A DNA stretch of 64,000 bases, from contig CAWGMQ010000011.1 in the NCBI GenBank assembly GCA_963823665.1, positions 1,104,167 through 1,168,166 of the forward strand, given 5' to 3'. Positions 47,901 to 58,669 of this stretch are shown piece by piece. Under the pieces are notes generated by a model. The model did not search any database and was not told where the DNA came from. It was given only the letters and a program-made list of their open reading frames with translations. This DNA comes from an uncultured Planctomycetota bacterium. GTDB lineage: Bacteria > Planctomycetota > Planctomycetia > Isosphaerales > Isosphaeraceae. The translations under genes and the position numbers were made by a program. Position 1 is the first letter of the stretch. Each line of letters opens with the position of its first letter.

Positions 47901-50900
47901 CACGGTCAGGCTTTCGCTGCCCGTGATGCTTGACGTCACGGTATCGGTGGCGAAGATCGTCTGCGTCCCGGTGGAATTCAGGGTTGCGGTAAACGACTGA
48001 GTGCCCGCATTTCCCGAATTGAAGGTGTAGTTCGCCGGCAGGACCGCGCTTGAGTCGGAGCTGGTGAAATGCACCTTTCCGGTGTAGCCGGTAGCGATAT
48101 TGCCATAAGGATCATAAGCGGTAACCGTGAAGTTACTGGCGAGACCGGAAGTCACCGAGCCGGGAAGCCCGGTGACCGCCAGCGACGCCGCCCCGGCGGG
48201 CTGGACGACGATCCCGGTCTCGCTGCCCGCGATGCTCGACGTGGTGGTGTCGGTGGCCTTCACGTACTGGGTGCCGGCGGTCTTGAGCGTCGCCGAGAAC
48301 GTGTGCACGCCGTTATCGTTGCCTGTACCGGTTGTGAACGTATAGCTGGCCGGCAAGCCAGCCTGCGAGTCACCACTGGCGAAGGCGACGGTGCCTGTGT
48401 AGCCGGTCGCGATGTTGCCGTAAGGATCGTAGGCAGTGACCGTGAAGTTACCGGCGACGCCGGCGGTGTCGGGGGTGGGGAACCCGGCGACGGTCAGTGA
48501 CACTGCGCCGGCGGGCTGGACAACGATCCCGGTGTCGGTGCCCGTGATGCTCGACGTCGTGGTGTCGGTGACCTTCAAGTACTGCGTGCCGGCGGTTTTC
48601 AGAGTCGCCGAGAACGTGTGCACGCCGTTATCCCCGCCTGTGCCGGTCGTGAAAGTGTAGTCGGCCGGCAGGCCGGCCTGCTGGTCACTGCTGGTGAAAT
48701 GCACGGTGCCGGTATAGGCGGTATCGACGTCGCCTTCCGCATTGTAAACGGTCACGGTGAAGTTGTTGGCCGTGCCCGCTGTGTCGGGCGACGGATACGC
48801 GGTAAACTTGAACGAGGCGGCTGCGGAGTCACCAACCGCGAAGAGCGTGGCATTGTTGATCGCGTACACCATTCCATCAGGGCCGATCAAGGTCGGAGTG
48901 TACGCTTCGCCGAGCCCGGTGGTCAGCGTCGTGACCTGAGTGAACGTATTGGTCGATAAGTTCCAGCGGTAGAGTTTGCCGTCCTCGCTGCCCGCCAGGA
49001 TACTGTCCGTGGCGGGGTCGACGGCCGCCGAATTGATGCACCACTCGCGCACCGCGCCGGGGTAGTTCTGGTCGTATTCCGGGTCCGGTGTCTGGCCCAG
49101 GATCGAGAGCACCGGATCCATCACGGTCGTGCCCGTGACCGGGTCGGACTCGGTGGAGTTGGGGTCAAGAATCGCAATCTGGTTGAGCCCGTTGCCCGTG
49201 CCCAAGCCCGCGTAGTTGTTGTATTTCACCATCAGCAGGTAGGTGGAGGTCCCATGGTAGGACGGCACCATCGAGGCCGGGACCACGGACGGGGTATCAT
49301 CCCAGCCGAAGGCCCCGGGTGTCTTCGTCTGGCTCAAGTTGGCCGAGAAATGCAGCAGCCAGCCCCGGTCGTTGTTGGAAGCGAAGGAGCTCTCCAGTAC
49401 GCCGATGTAGACGTCGCCGTCCGGCCCGACCATCGGGGAGGCCGTGGCATCGTTGACGATGCTGGCGTCATTCCCCGTGTTCGGGTCCTTGAGGGTAACC
49501 TGTGCCGTGACTGCCAGCGTTTGGCTGTTGAGAGCGACGAGCTTCCCCCACCCCCAATTCCCGGTGCTCTCGAGGACGTACAGGGTGCTGCCGTCATTGC
49601 TGAGCGCCGGGGCCGAATTGGTCGCCACCTGCGACATACCTGAGACGACGGGGACCCAGGTGCCCACGCCATTGGCGCCGATCCGCGCGACGCCGGTCGT
49701 CAATCCCAGGCCGTTCCCCGCCAATGCGATGAAGCCGAAGAAGATATCGCCGCTCGAATCGCTGGTGATCGGCGTATTGATGAAAATGTTGCTGTTATAT
49801 GCGGACGAGTTGGCGTTGTAGCTGGACAGGCCGTAGAAGGCGAGGCGGCTGGTGGCCGGCGGCGACGGCCCGGCGGCATCGGGCGAAGCGACGTACATCA
49901 CTGTGCCGCCGTCCGCGGGGTAATAGAGCCCGTTCTGGGGCGTGAGCGTAGGCGAATAGCTAGGAATCCAGTCGTAGCCGTTGGTCCCGCTACTGGGCTC
50001 CAAGGCGTAATCGGAGGTCAAGGTCCATTGCAAGGCTCCGCTCGAGCCCGACCGCGCCTGGATCTCGAAGCCGCTCGTTGTGCCCGTCTTGACCGGGATG
50101 ATCACCGTATTGGCTGCCGTGAGGATGGGTGATCCATAGTGGATCGCCAATTCGCCGTTGCTGTATTGCGGCTGGAGGTCGACGGGAGTCTGCCAGAGAA
50201 TCGAATCCAGCGGCTGCGAAGCGACCAGGGATGTTGCGGTGTGCTGTGGGTTCAAGGCATAACTCGGCCAGGCGTCGCTCGAGGCCGCCGTGATCACGCC
50301 GGTTGAGACGGGAACAAATGTGTACGTATAGTTGTTTCCAGAGTTGCCGTCGGAGACGCTGCCGCTGGGTGAGAGCGTCAGGCCGGTTCCCACATTCGGC
50401 GTATCGAAGATCTCCACGAAGCTGGCCGTATCACCCGGTGCAATGCTGCCGGCGCTGATCGTGGGAATCACCGCGGCGGCGGTTGTAAAGTCGTATGTCT
50501 TGCTGTAGGTTACGGCTGTGACTGTCAAAGCCCGTGCCGCGATCACGCCGGAGGAGGTCGCAACATAGGTGTACGTGTAGTTCTTGCCCGAGTTGCCGTC
50601 GTTCACCACGCCGCTGGGTGAGAGCGTCAGGCCGGTCCCAACATTCTTGCTGGCGTAGGTCTCGATGAAACCGGCGGCATCACCGGGCATCACGCTGCCA
50701 GAAGTGATCGTGGGCGCCGTCGTGGCAGCGGTCGTGCCGTCGTATGTCTTGCTGCTGGCTGCGGCCGTCAGGGTAAGAGGCGCTGCCGTGATCACGCCCG
50801 AGGACGCCGTAACATACGAGTACGTGTAGTTCTTGCCCGAGTTGCCGTCGTTCACCACGCCGCTGGGCGTCAGCGTCAGGCCGCTGCCCACGTTCCTGCT

Positions 50901-53900
50901 CGAGTAAGTCTCGATGAAACCGGCGGTGTCTCCCGATGCCAGCGCGCCGGAAGTAATCGCAGGCGCCGCTGTCGCGGTGGTTGTGCCGTTGTAGGTCCTG
51001 GTGCTGGCAACCGCGGTGATCGTGAGCGACACCGGCGAGATCGTGAAGCTGGTCGAATTGCTGGCGGTCGAATAATCGGTGCTGCCGGGGAAGGTGGCGA
51101 CCACCGTGTAAGTTCCGACGTTCGTCGGCGCAGTGCTACCAAGGTTGGTGCCGCTGGTCCCCATGCCCACATAGTAGACAAGGTTGATGCCCTGTCCTTG
51201 CAGCTTTGTAAAGGGTGAGCCGTCGTTCGGCGTGATCGTGGCGCTGGCCGCGAACGGCAGCCGGTTATAGGTGGCGCTTGCATCGGTCACCGTCACGGTG
51301 GGTGGGCTTGCGGCGGGGTTGACGGTGATCGTGGTGCTGGGAGCGCTCGGGGCGATCAAACTACTCCAGGGATCGCCGGTGGGCAGCGGATTCGCGGTGA
51401 TCGTGTACAATCCGTGGTGGGTTATGCTCAGGTTCGTGAACGTGGCGAAGCCGCCCACGGCATTGATCGGGAAAGTGCCCGCGAGCGTCCCCACGCCCGA
51501 GGTCACGTTCAAGGCGAGATTCACCTTCGAGCCCGGCACGCTCGTGCTGTCGAAATTGATGCCGAGATTGCCCGAGGCGTCCTCGGCCTCGACCACCGGT
51601 TGCTGCGCCAATTGCGCGCCGAAGCCGGCCGAGGACGAGGGCTCGGTGATCAAGACCAACTGGGTGGGGACGGCGTAAACTGCGTTGATCGTCGGAAAAA
51701 AGCCGGGCGACCCACTGGAGGTGTATGTACCGATCCAGGGGCTGAAGTTTACAGCGCCCGAGACAGTGCCGCCGGCACCGCCCGGGTTAGCCGTGGTCGA
51801 CGGGCCGTGGAGACTGCCCCACCAATCGGACGTTGCAACCGCCGCCGGGGCGGTCGAGACCGCTGCATTTTGCACGTCATTGAGGGCCACGACGTTGCCC
51901 GAGAGGTCGTCCTGCTGGGCCGTGAGCACGGCGATGTCGCCGCCACCGTTGCCCACGAATATGCCCGTCGTGCAGCCGTTGATCGCCGATTGGGTGACTG
52001 TCGCGGTGCCGGCGTTCGCGACATAGATGCCGGTGTTGTCGCCGGTGATCGAGCTGCCGGTAATGGTCGCCGTCGAGGTATCTTCGACCGAGATGCCGAT
52101 GTCGTCGCCACTGATGGCGACCCCGGTCGCCGTCAGATTGCGCCTGAGTTCTCGGCGATACCGGAGAGCAGAGACGCGCCGGACAAGGAGAGGCCCGAGA
52201 TCGTGACCGAGACGGTCGAGCCACCGCTCAACTCGATCTGGCTGCCGCCCGTGGCGCCCGTTGGCGCACTCAGGATCGTTGAGGAAGCTCCCGCGCCGGC
52301 GATCGAGAGCGACTGGCCGATGGTGACCTGCTCGGAATAGGTCCCGGCCAGGACATTCACGGTCCCGCCGGGGGCGACGCCGTCGACCCCCCCCTGGATG
52401 GTGACAAACGCGTTCACGCCGATCGTGAGCATATTGCCGTCGAGGATAACCTGCGAGAGTTTCGTGTCGTCTGCCCAGGCCGGGTCGACGTAGACGACCG
52501 ACTGGGAGGTCGGTGTGACTGTCTCGGCAAGGGTCACCGACTGGTTCGTCTGCGTGAGCGTATCTCCGGTGTATACGGCCACGATCGAATGGGTTCCCGG
52601 CGCGAGCGAGGAGGTCGTGAGCATCGCCTGATTCGAGGCATTCAAGCTCTCTGTTCCGAGTGCCGTCGTGCCGTCGTAAAAGGTGACCATGCCCGTCGGC
52701 GCGGGCGACGTGACTCCGGCGACGCCGACCACGCTGACGGTCGCCGTGAATGTCAGGGACTGCCCGAAGCTCGAGGTGGGGCTCGAGGCCGAAAGCGCGA
52801 CGTTGGCGGCGAAGTGGTTGACAACCTGGGTGAAGACGGGCGAGGCGCTTGGCTTGTAGGTAGCCGCGTCGCCGTCGTAGACTGCGTAGAAGGCGTACGT
52901 GCCCGCCGATAGAGGGCCAGCCGGGTAGGAGGCCTGGTTGGTTCTGTTCAAGCTCACTGTGCCCAGCACGGTCGAGCCTGCGAAGAAGGTGACCGTGCCG
53001 TCTGTGGGGCTGGCGACCCCGCTTGCAGTGACCGTGGCGGTGAGCGTCACGGACTGGCCGCTCGCGGAGCTGCCGACTGCGGTGGCAAACGTCGTCGCGG
53101 TGGCGTCCGGATTGGAAAGCGCGGCCGAGCCGGCCTGTACGCCGAGCGAGGAGGCGGTGCCGGTAATCGTCGAAGTGCTGCTGTCGGTCGCGGTCAGAGA
53201 CTGAGTGCCCGATGTCTCAAAAGTGACGTAGAATGTACCCGTCCCCTGCCGCTCGGGGGCGAAGCTGTACGTGGCCGCCACCGGCGCCGCGGGATTGCTG
53301 CCGCCGTACGTCACGGGGAACGCGGCGGCGGGGTCGGTGCTCGATAAATCGACCGTTCCGCCATAGCCGGATGCGACGTTGCCGTAGGGGTCCATCGCGG
53401 TGACTGTGATGGCGAAGGGCACACCCGCGGTGGGATTGCCCGAATCACTGAGCAAAAGCGACTTGGCGGCGGCCGGCTGCACCAGGATATTGCCCTCGGT
53501 GCCGGTCTCCGCCGGCACGGTGGCCGCGGTCGCGGTGATCGACTGAGGCCCGGCCGTCTTGAACGCGACACTCGTGAAGGTGTGCGTGCCCTTGTTCGTG
53601 GAAGTGAAGGCAAAGGTGGCCGGCAGGCCGGCGACCTGCGGGTCGCTGCTGCTCAGATCGACCGTTCCCACGAAACCGGTGTCGGTACCCCCGCCGGGAG
53701 CAAGCGCCGTGACGGTGAATGAGAAGGTGGCGCCGGCGGTGACGCTCGCCGGCACGCCGCTAACCAGCAGCACGTCGGACGAGCTGCCGGAGGCCTGTTC
53801 GATCGTCTCGGAGAACTGGTCCGCCGTGGCTTCGCCGTTTGAGCCATTGCGGTTCTGGTTCATATCGTTGCCGTACCAGTCCTGCACGTCAGGGCCAACC

Positions 53901-55705
53901 TCCAGAGTATAGGCGCCCGAGGCAGACTGGTTCGGGAATGTGATGTCGAACGTATGATCATTCGAGCCCGCGACCGCGGCGACGGATATTCCGCTCAAGC
54001 TGCCGAGCGGCCCCGCGAGCGAAACCTGCGCCGGGGTGAAGGTTGCGGGGTTGATCTCTTCGTTGAACGTCACCTGGATACTGGACAAACCCGAGCCGCC
54101 TGCGATCGCCCCAGTCGGCGTGGATGAGACGACGTACGGCCCGTCGGTGTTGGCGACCGCGGCGGCTGCATTGACGATGCCGCCGCTTGTTACCATCCCC
54201 GCCAGCGCCGGATCGGGCGTCACGGTGTCCAGGACCGCGTCAATCACCTGGCTCATCGACCAGGTCGGGTGCGCGGCCTCGACCAGGGCGACGGTCGCCG
54301 TCACGAGCGGCGCCGCCATCGAAGTGCCGCTGTCGTAAGCGAACCCGTTATTCAATGAGAGGCCGTACAGGTTGTTCCCGGGCGCGGCAATCTGCACCGA
54401 TTGGACGCCGTAGTCGGAGTAGCTCGCCCGGGTGCCGCTCTCCGTCGTGGCGGCCACGCCGATCAGGTTGGGAAAATCGACGGAGTACGAGGCCGGCGAG
54501 AACCACGTGGCGCTGTTGTCGTCGTCGGTGCCGCCGGCCAGGTCGTTGCCGGCAGCGGCCACGATGATCACGCCATACTGGTCTGCATACTGGATCGCCG
54601 CTGCGATGGTGGGGTCGGTCCCACTGCCACCCCAGCTCGCATTGATCACCTTGGCGCCATGATCGACGGCGTACTCGATCGAAAGGGCCGCCGCCGTGTC
54701 GCTGCCGCTGCCCGTGCTATCAAGGAACTGCACGCCCATGATTTGCACCGACCAGTCCGCGCCGCTTGAGCCGGCGGCGCTATTGCCGACCGCCGCGATC
54801 TCGGCCGCGGTGAACGTGCCGTGACTGTCCTGGTCGATCGGGTTGTCGGTGTTGGAAACGAAGTTCCAGCCGATCAGGTCGTCGGGCGTCGCGGTGGAGC
54901 CGTCCTGGGTCGAGCCGCTCGCCCAGCCGCCGGAGGACAGCGGAGCGAGCACGGACGAACCGTTGACGACGCCGCCGGTGGCCGTGATTTTCCCCGCCCC
55001 CTGGTTGACCGCCACCCCGTTTACGGTCGCGTTCAGGTCGGCAAATGTGATCAAGCCGTCGCCATTGGTGTCGGTCAGATCAGTCCGCACACTGGCAGGA
55101 ATCTCGGCCTGGTTGATCCAGATGTTATTGAGCAGGTCTGGGCTGTTGTATGAAATGCCGGTGTCGGTGTCGGCGACGATCACCTGCGAGGAGCCGCTCG
55201 TGACGGTCCACGCGCCGGGGGCGTTGATGCCGAATGGTCCGTCGAGATACCACTCGGTGTTGTTGTCGTAGAGGGGATTGTTGGGCGCGTCTGCCGCCTG
55301 CACGGTGCGCGGCGGCGCTATATATTCGACGGCCGGGTTGCCGGCGAGCTGCGTCTGGAGCGACCCCATTTCGGCCGCCGGCGCCTGCACGAGGTAGTAA
55401 CCGGGAATTCCCGTCGCCTCGACCGACCCACCGGCATGCGCGATCAGGCCGGCGAGCGGCCCCAGAGACCCGCCGGTGCCCGGCGCGAGCACCAGGTTGA
55501 GCACAGGCCCTTCCAGTGACAGCGCTGCTGGAGGGATGCCGGTCTGCGGCGTCCCCGAAAGCAACGTCCGCGATTCCAGACGCTCAAGGTCCGATGCACT
55601 GGCTCTGCCAGGGCGGCGGTGCTTGATGCGGGACTGCGCTGCCGGACCCCTTGCCAAAGGGTACGACCGCAAGGCGCAGGCTGGACGACGACCGTCACTC
55701 GACAT
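44943..55705 (-). CDS. Giant surface protein C: S8 subtilisin-like serine peptidase with LEPRxLL leader, Ig-like repeats, beta-helix, 6 YDG repeats, propeller-like domain, 3 CBM-like repeats and conserved tail; one apparent frameshift
   Basis: ORFs 52133-55705 and 44943-51956 join via a frameshift at ~52140 (ENSG-[A]N-LTATGVAISGDDIG). AGGGAG lies 9 nt before ATG 55705. LERLESRTLLS is at 55556-55588. Confidence 0.87.
45305..47885 (-). repeat. Three copies of the CBM-like domain in gene C (~45305-45795, ~45850-46340, ~47395-47885) with YDG repeats between the first and second in coding order
   Basis: Same protein and DNA sequence family as the 555-bp repeats of gene B. Confidence 0.92.
54150..55300 (-). 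other. Peptidase S8 catalytic domain of gene C
   Basis: Triad motifs VADTDTG (Asp, ~55170), DSHGTFTA (His, 54821-54823) and SGTSMAAP (Ser, 54320-54322); oxyanion AAAGND; DTNGDGLITFADLN EF-hand-like insert. Confidence 0.92.
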
Positions 55706-56260
55706 GGCGGTGCACTCCCTTGTGAGACTAGGTTAAAGCGATTAACGAGCAAGCCGGCGCGACCAACAGATCTGCCCCGAGCCCTGACGACAGGTTTTGA
55801 AGATCACCGCAACGGCAGTCCTTGCCGCACGAAGGTCGCACCGAACGAAAGTGGCACCTTCAAGAGTCATTCGCACCCGATTCAAACCCAAGCTGACATT
55901 TGGTGATCCCGATTATTACGACTGCGTCGGCGAAATTCAACCGCCGTTGTACAAACGAAACTTCGGGCCCGTGTGCGTGGGCTCGACAAACTTTGGCGAT
56001 CCGCCGCGTCGCGCGGGTGCTGCGCGTTCGACCGACTTTGATGATAATTCAGGGTGTCTGCGTTAATGGCATAACATCTAGGTAAGGATTGCGCTTTGGG
56101 AAGATCAGTCTATTGGGAAATTTGGAGAAACTTCTTGAAGCGATTACTCGTGGAGAGACGAAGTTTAAGACTGAGTTGGCGGTCTCGTGCGCAAGGCGGA
56201 GCCTTTGGGTACGATACCGATGTGCACCAAAGTCGGTCGGGATGTAATGTGGAGCGTCCG

Positions 56261-58669
56261 ATGTTGAGAAAACTGCCGTCGGTCGCGCTTCTCGCCCTGG
56301 GATTGGGGCTGGGCGCGGTCGAGCACCCGGCGCAGGGAGCGAGTTACGCGGGTGGTGCGTCGAGTCGTATCTGTCCCGTGTCCCAGGAATGTTGCGGGCA
56401 CACCCAGTATCAACAACAGCTACAGACGGTTCTCCGCAATGTGCAGGAGACCGTTTACGACCAGCAGGTCGTTCCGGTGGTGCGTACCGTCCAAGAGACG
56501 GTGATGCAGCCTCGGACAATCACCACGATGAAGAACGTGGTCGAGCAGCGTGTGCGCGAGGAGCCGTACACGATCCAGCGGCCCCTTTATCGCACGGTCT
56601 CCCAGGAAGTTCACTACACGGTCCAGCGCCCGGTCACCCGGACGGTCTGGAAAGACGTAGCGTACACGGTGATGCGACCGGTGCGCGAAACGCACCTGGA
56701 GTCGCGGCCTTACACCGTGACGACGCCGGTTCGCGAAACCTCGTTCAAGACGTGCGCCTACAACGTGAGCCATCAGGTGCGCGACGTCTCGTACAAGGAC
56801 GTGAGCTACACGGTCTGCCGGCCGGTTCAGGAGACGATGGTCAAGACCGTGAACTACACGGTGTGCCGGCCGATCCAGGAGACCCACTACAAGACCTGCG
56901 TCTACACGGTCTGCCGGCCGGTGCAGCGCGTGCGCACCCGGTGCGTTCCCTACACGTACCAGGTGCCGGTGCAGCACACGGTTATTCAGTGCCAGGCCGA
57001 CACCGAGATGGTGCCGGTGCGTCAGTGTGCGTACAAGCAAGTGGCCTACACCGTGTGCAGGCAGGTCAAGGAGACGGCGCTCAAGGAATGCCGCTACACC
57101 GTGCAGGTGCCCGTGCGCCGGACCGAGATGCGCACCTGCTCGTACACGGTCTGCCGCCCGGTGCGTGAGACAACGATGCGGGAATGCCGCTACACGGTAT
57201 GCCGCCCGGTCCAGACCACCTCGTTCAAGACGGTCAGCAAGACCTGCTACCAGACGGTCACCGAGACCGCCTGCCGCGAGGTTTGCGAGAAGGTCTGCGT
57301 TCCGCGCACGATCTGCAAGCCGGTCACCCGCACGTTCAAGGAAGCCGTCGTCCAGCGGTACTATGTTCCCGGCAAGTCAGTTTGCATTAACGGATGCCTG
57401 TATGAGTGCCCGGGAACGTGGTGCGAAAAAACGGTCTGCTGCCCGCGCACGGTGACCGAGAACGTGATGTGCACGGTCTACGAGACCGAGATCGTCAAGA
57501 AGCAGGTGCCGTATACGATCTGCAAGAAGGTTCCCTACACCGTCTGCGAGCAGGTTCCGGTCACCACGTGCCAGCTTGTCGCCGAGGAATGCGTGAAGCA
57601 AGTCCCGGTGACAACGTGCCGGATGGTGAGCGAGATCTGCACCAAGCAGGTGCCGGTGACCGTCTGCGAATATGTGGCCCAGGAATGCGTCAAGCAGGTG
57701 CCGGTCACCACTTGCCGAAACGTGCAGGAAACATGCTACAAGACCGTTCCCTACACGGTCTGCACGATGCAGCCGCGCACGGTGATGCGAAAAGTGCCGG
57801 TCACGGTCACCACGATGTGCAACAAGACGGGGTATCGCCAGGACCCGTACACGGTCACCGAGTACGTGCCCCAGCAGTGCACCAAGCAAGTTCCGTACAC
57901 GGTGACGCGTACGCTGCGTGAAACGGCATGCAAGCAGGTTCCGTACACGGTCACGCGCATGGTGCCGCAGATCTGCTCCAAGCGGGTACCGATCACCACG
58001 TGCCGCACGGTCACCCAGACTTGCTACAAGCAAGTACCGGTGACGACGTGCCGCATGGTGAGCTCGACCTGCTACAAGCAGGTGCCTGTCACGACCTGCC
58101 GCATGGTTGCTGAGCCGTGTGTCAAGAAGGTGTGCCAGACCTATTGCGAAACGGTCACGGAGCCGTGCGTGAAGGTTGTGCCGGTCACGGTGTGTGAGAC
58201 GCAGACGATCCAGTGCGTGCGCAAGGTGCCCTACACCGTTTGCAGTCAGGTGCCCGAGACCAAAACGATCTGCTGTCCGGTGCAGGTTGCCAAGCAGGTC
58301 ACGGACTACAAGACGGTCTGCGTGCCGCGAACCGTGTGCAAGCAGGTTCCGATCCAGGTGTGCGTGGCGGTGCCTTACGTCGTCCACTGCCCGCCGGTGG
58401 TGCTGCCGTCGTCACAGAGCGTGATGGCGTCGAGTCAATCGATGCCGTTCACGACGGTGCCGCCGACCGACCCCGGCGACAAGCCGCTACCCGCTCGTGG
58501 GCGGCAACGCGCGTCTGGTGCACTGAGCCAGAAGAGAGAGACGGCAACACAGGCTGTGACCGTGCTCGACTCCGACGCCCCTCGCAGCCACTCGACAAAA
58601 CCCCGACCGACTCTCGCCCCGGGCCGCCAACCGCCCGGGGCGTTTTCATTTCGCGGCTTCGCGTGGTGA
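56261..58669 (+). CDS. Secreted Cys/Val/Thr/Pro-rich YTV-repeat protein (planctomycete cell-envelope protein family, PF07639-like); true stop may be earlier (~58526)
   Basis: GGAG 6 nt before ATG 56261; signal-peptide-like MLRKLPSVALLALGLGLGAVEHPAQGA; ~33 16-aa repeats (YTVCRPV... then VPVTTC...KQ). Confidence 0.85.
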   Translation: MLRKLPSVALLALGLGLGAVEHPAQGASYAGGASSRICPVSQECCGHTQYQQQLQTVLRNVQETVYDQQVVPVVRTVQETVMQPRTITTMKNVVEQRVREEPYTIQRPLYRTVSQEVHYTVQRPVTRTVWKDVAYTVMRPVRETHLESRPYTVTTPVRETSFKTCAYNVSHQVRDVSYKDVSYTVCRPVQETMVKTVNYTVCRPIQETHYKTCVYTVCRPVQRVRTRCVPYTYQVPVQHTVIQCQADTEMVPVRQCAYKQVAYTVCRQVKETALKECRYTVQVPVRRTEMRTCSYTVCRPVRETTMRECRYTVCRPVQTTSFKTVSKTCYQTVTETACREVCEKVCVPRTICKPVTRTFKEAVVQRYYVPGKSVCINGCLYECPGTWCEKTVCCPRTVTENVMCTVYETEIVKKQVPYTICKKVPYTVCEQVPVTTCQLVAEECVKQVPVTTCRMVSEICTKQVPVTVCEYVAQECVKQVPVTTCRNVQETCYKTVPYTVCTMQPRTVMRKVPVTVTTMCNKTGYRQDPYTVTEYVPQQCTKQVPYTVTRTLRETACKQVPYTVTRMVPQICSKRVPITTCRTVTQTCYKQVPVTTCRMVSSTCYKQVPVTTCRMVAEPCVKKVCQTYCETVTEPCVKVVPVTVCETQTIQCVRKVPYTVCSQVPETKTICCPVQVAKQVTDYKTVCVPRTVCKQVPIQVCVAVPYVVHCPPVVLPSSQSVMASSQSMPFTTVPPTDPGDKPLPARGRQRASGALSQKRETATQAVTVLDSDAPRSHSTKPRPTLAPGRQPPGAFSFRGFAW
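58615..58651 (+). terminator. Rho-independent terminator
   Basis: Perfect 10-bp stem cgccccgggc/gcccggggcg, 8-nt loop, followed by ttttcattt; lies between convergent genes. Confidence 0.8.

Noticed and set aside
71..55500. Many long plus-strand ORFs (e.g. 32496-34247, 25260-26765, 10472-11791, 37447-38667)
   Set aside because: Antisense shadows of high-GC repetitive minus-strand genes; Arg/Gly- or Val/Pro-rich with no domain signature
55852..56085. TGGCAC/TGGCAT as sigma-54 promoter -24 boxes
   Set aside because: No TTGC at the required -12 spacing
56096..56260. ORF-track N-terminal extension of the YTV protein
   Set aside because: ATG 56261 has a Shine-Dalgarno and starts a signal peptide; the extension looks non-coding
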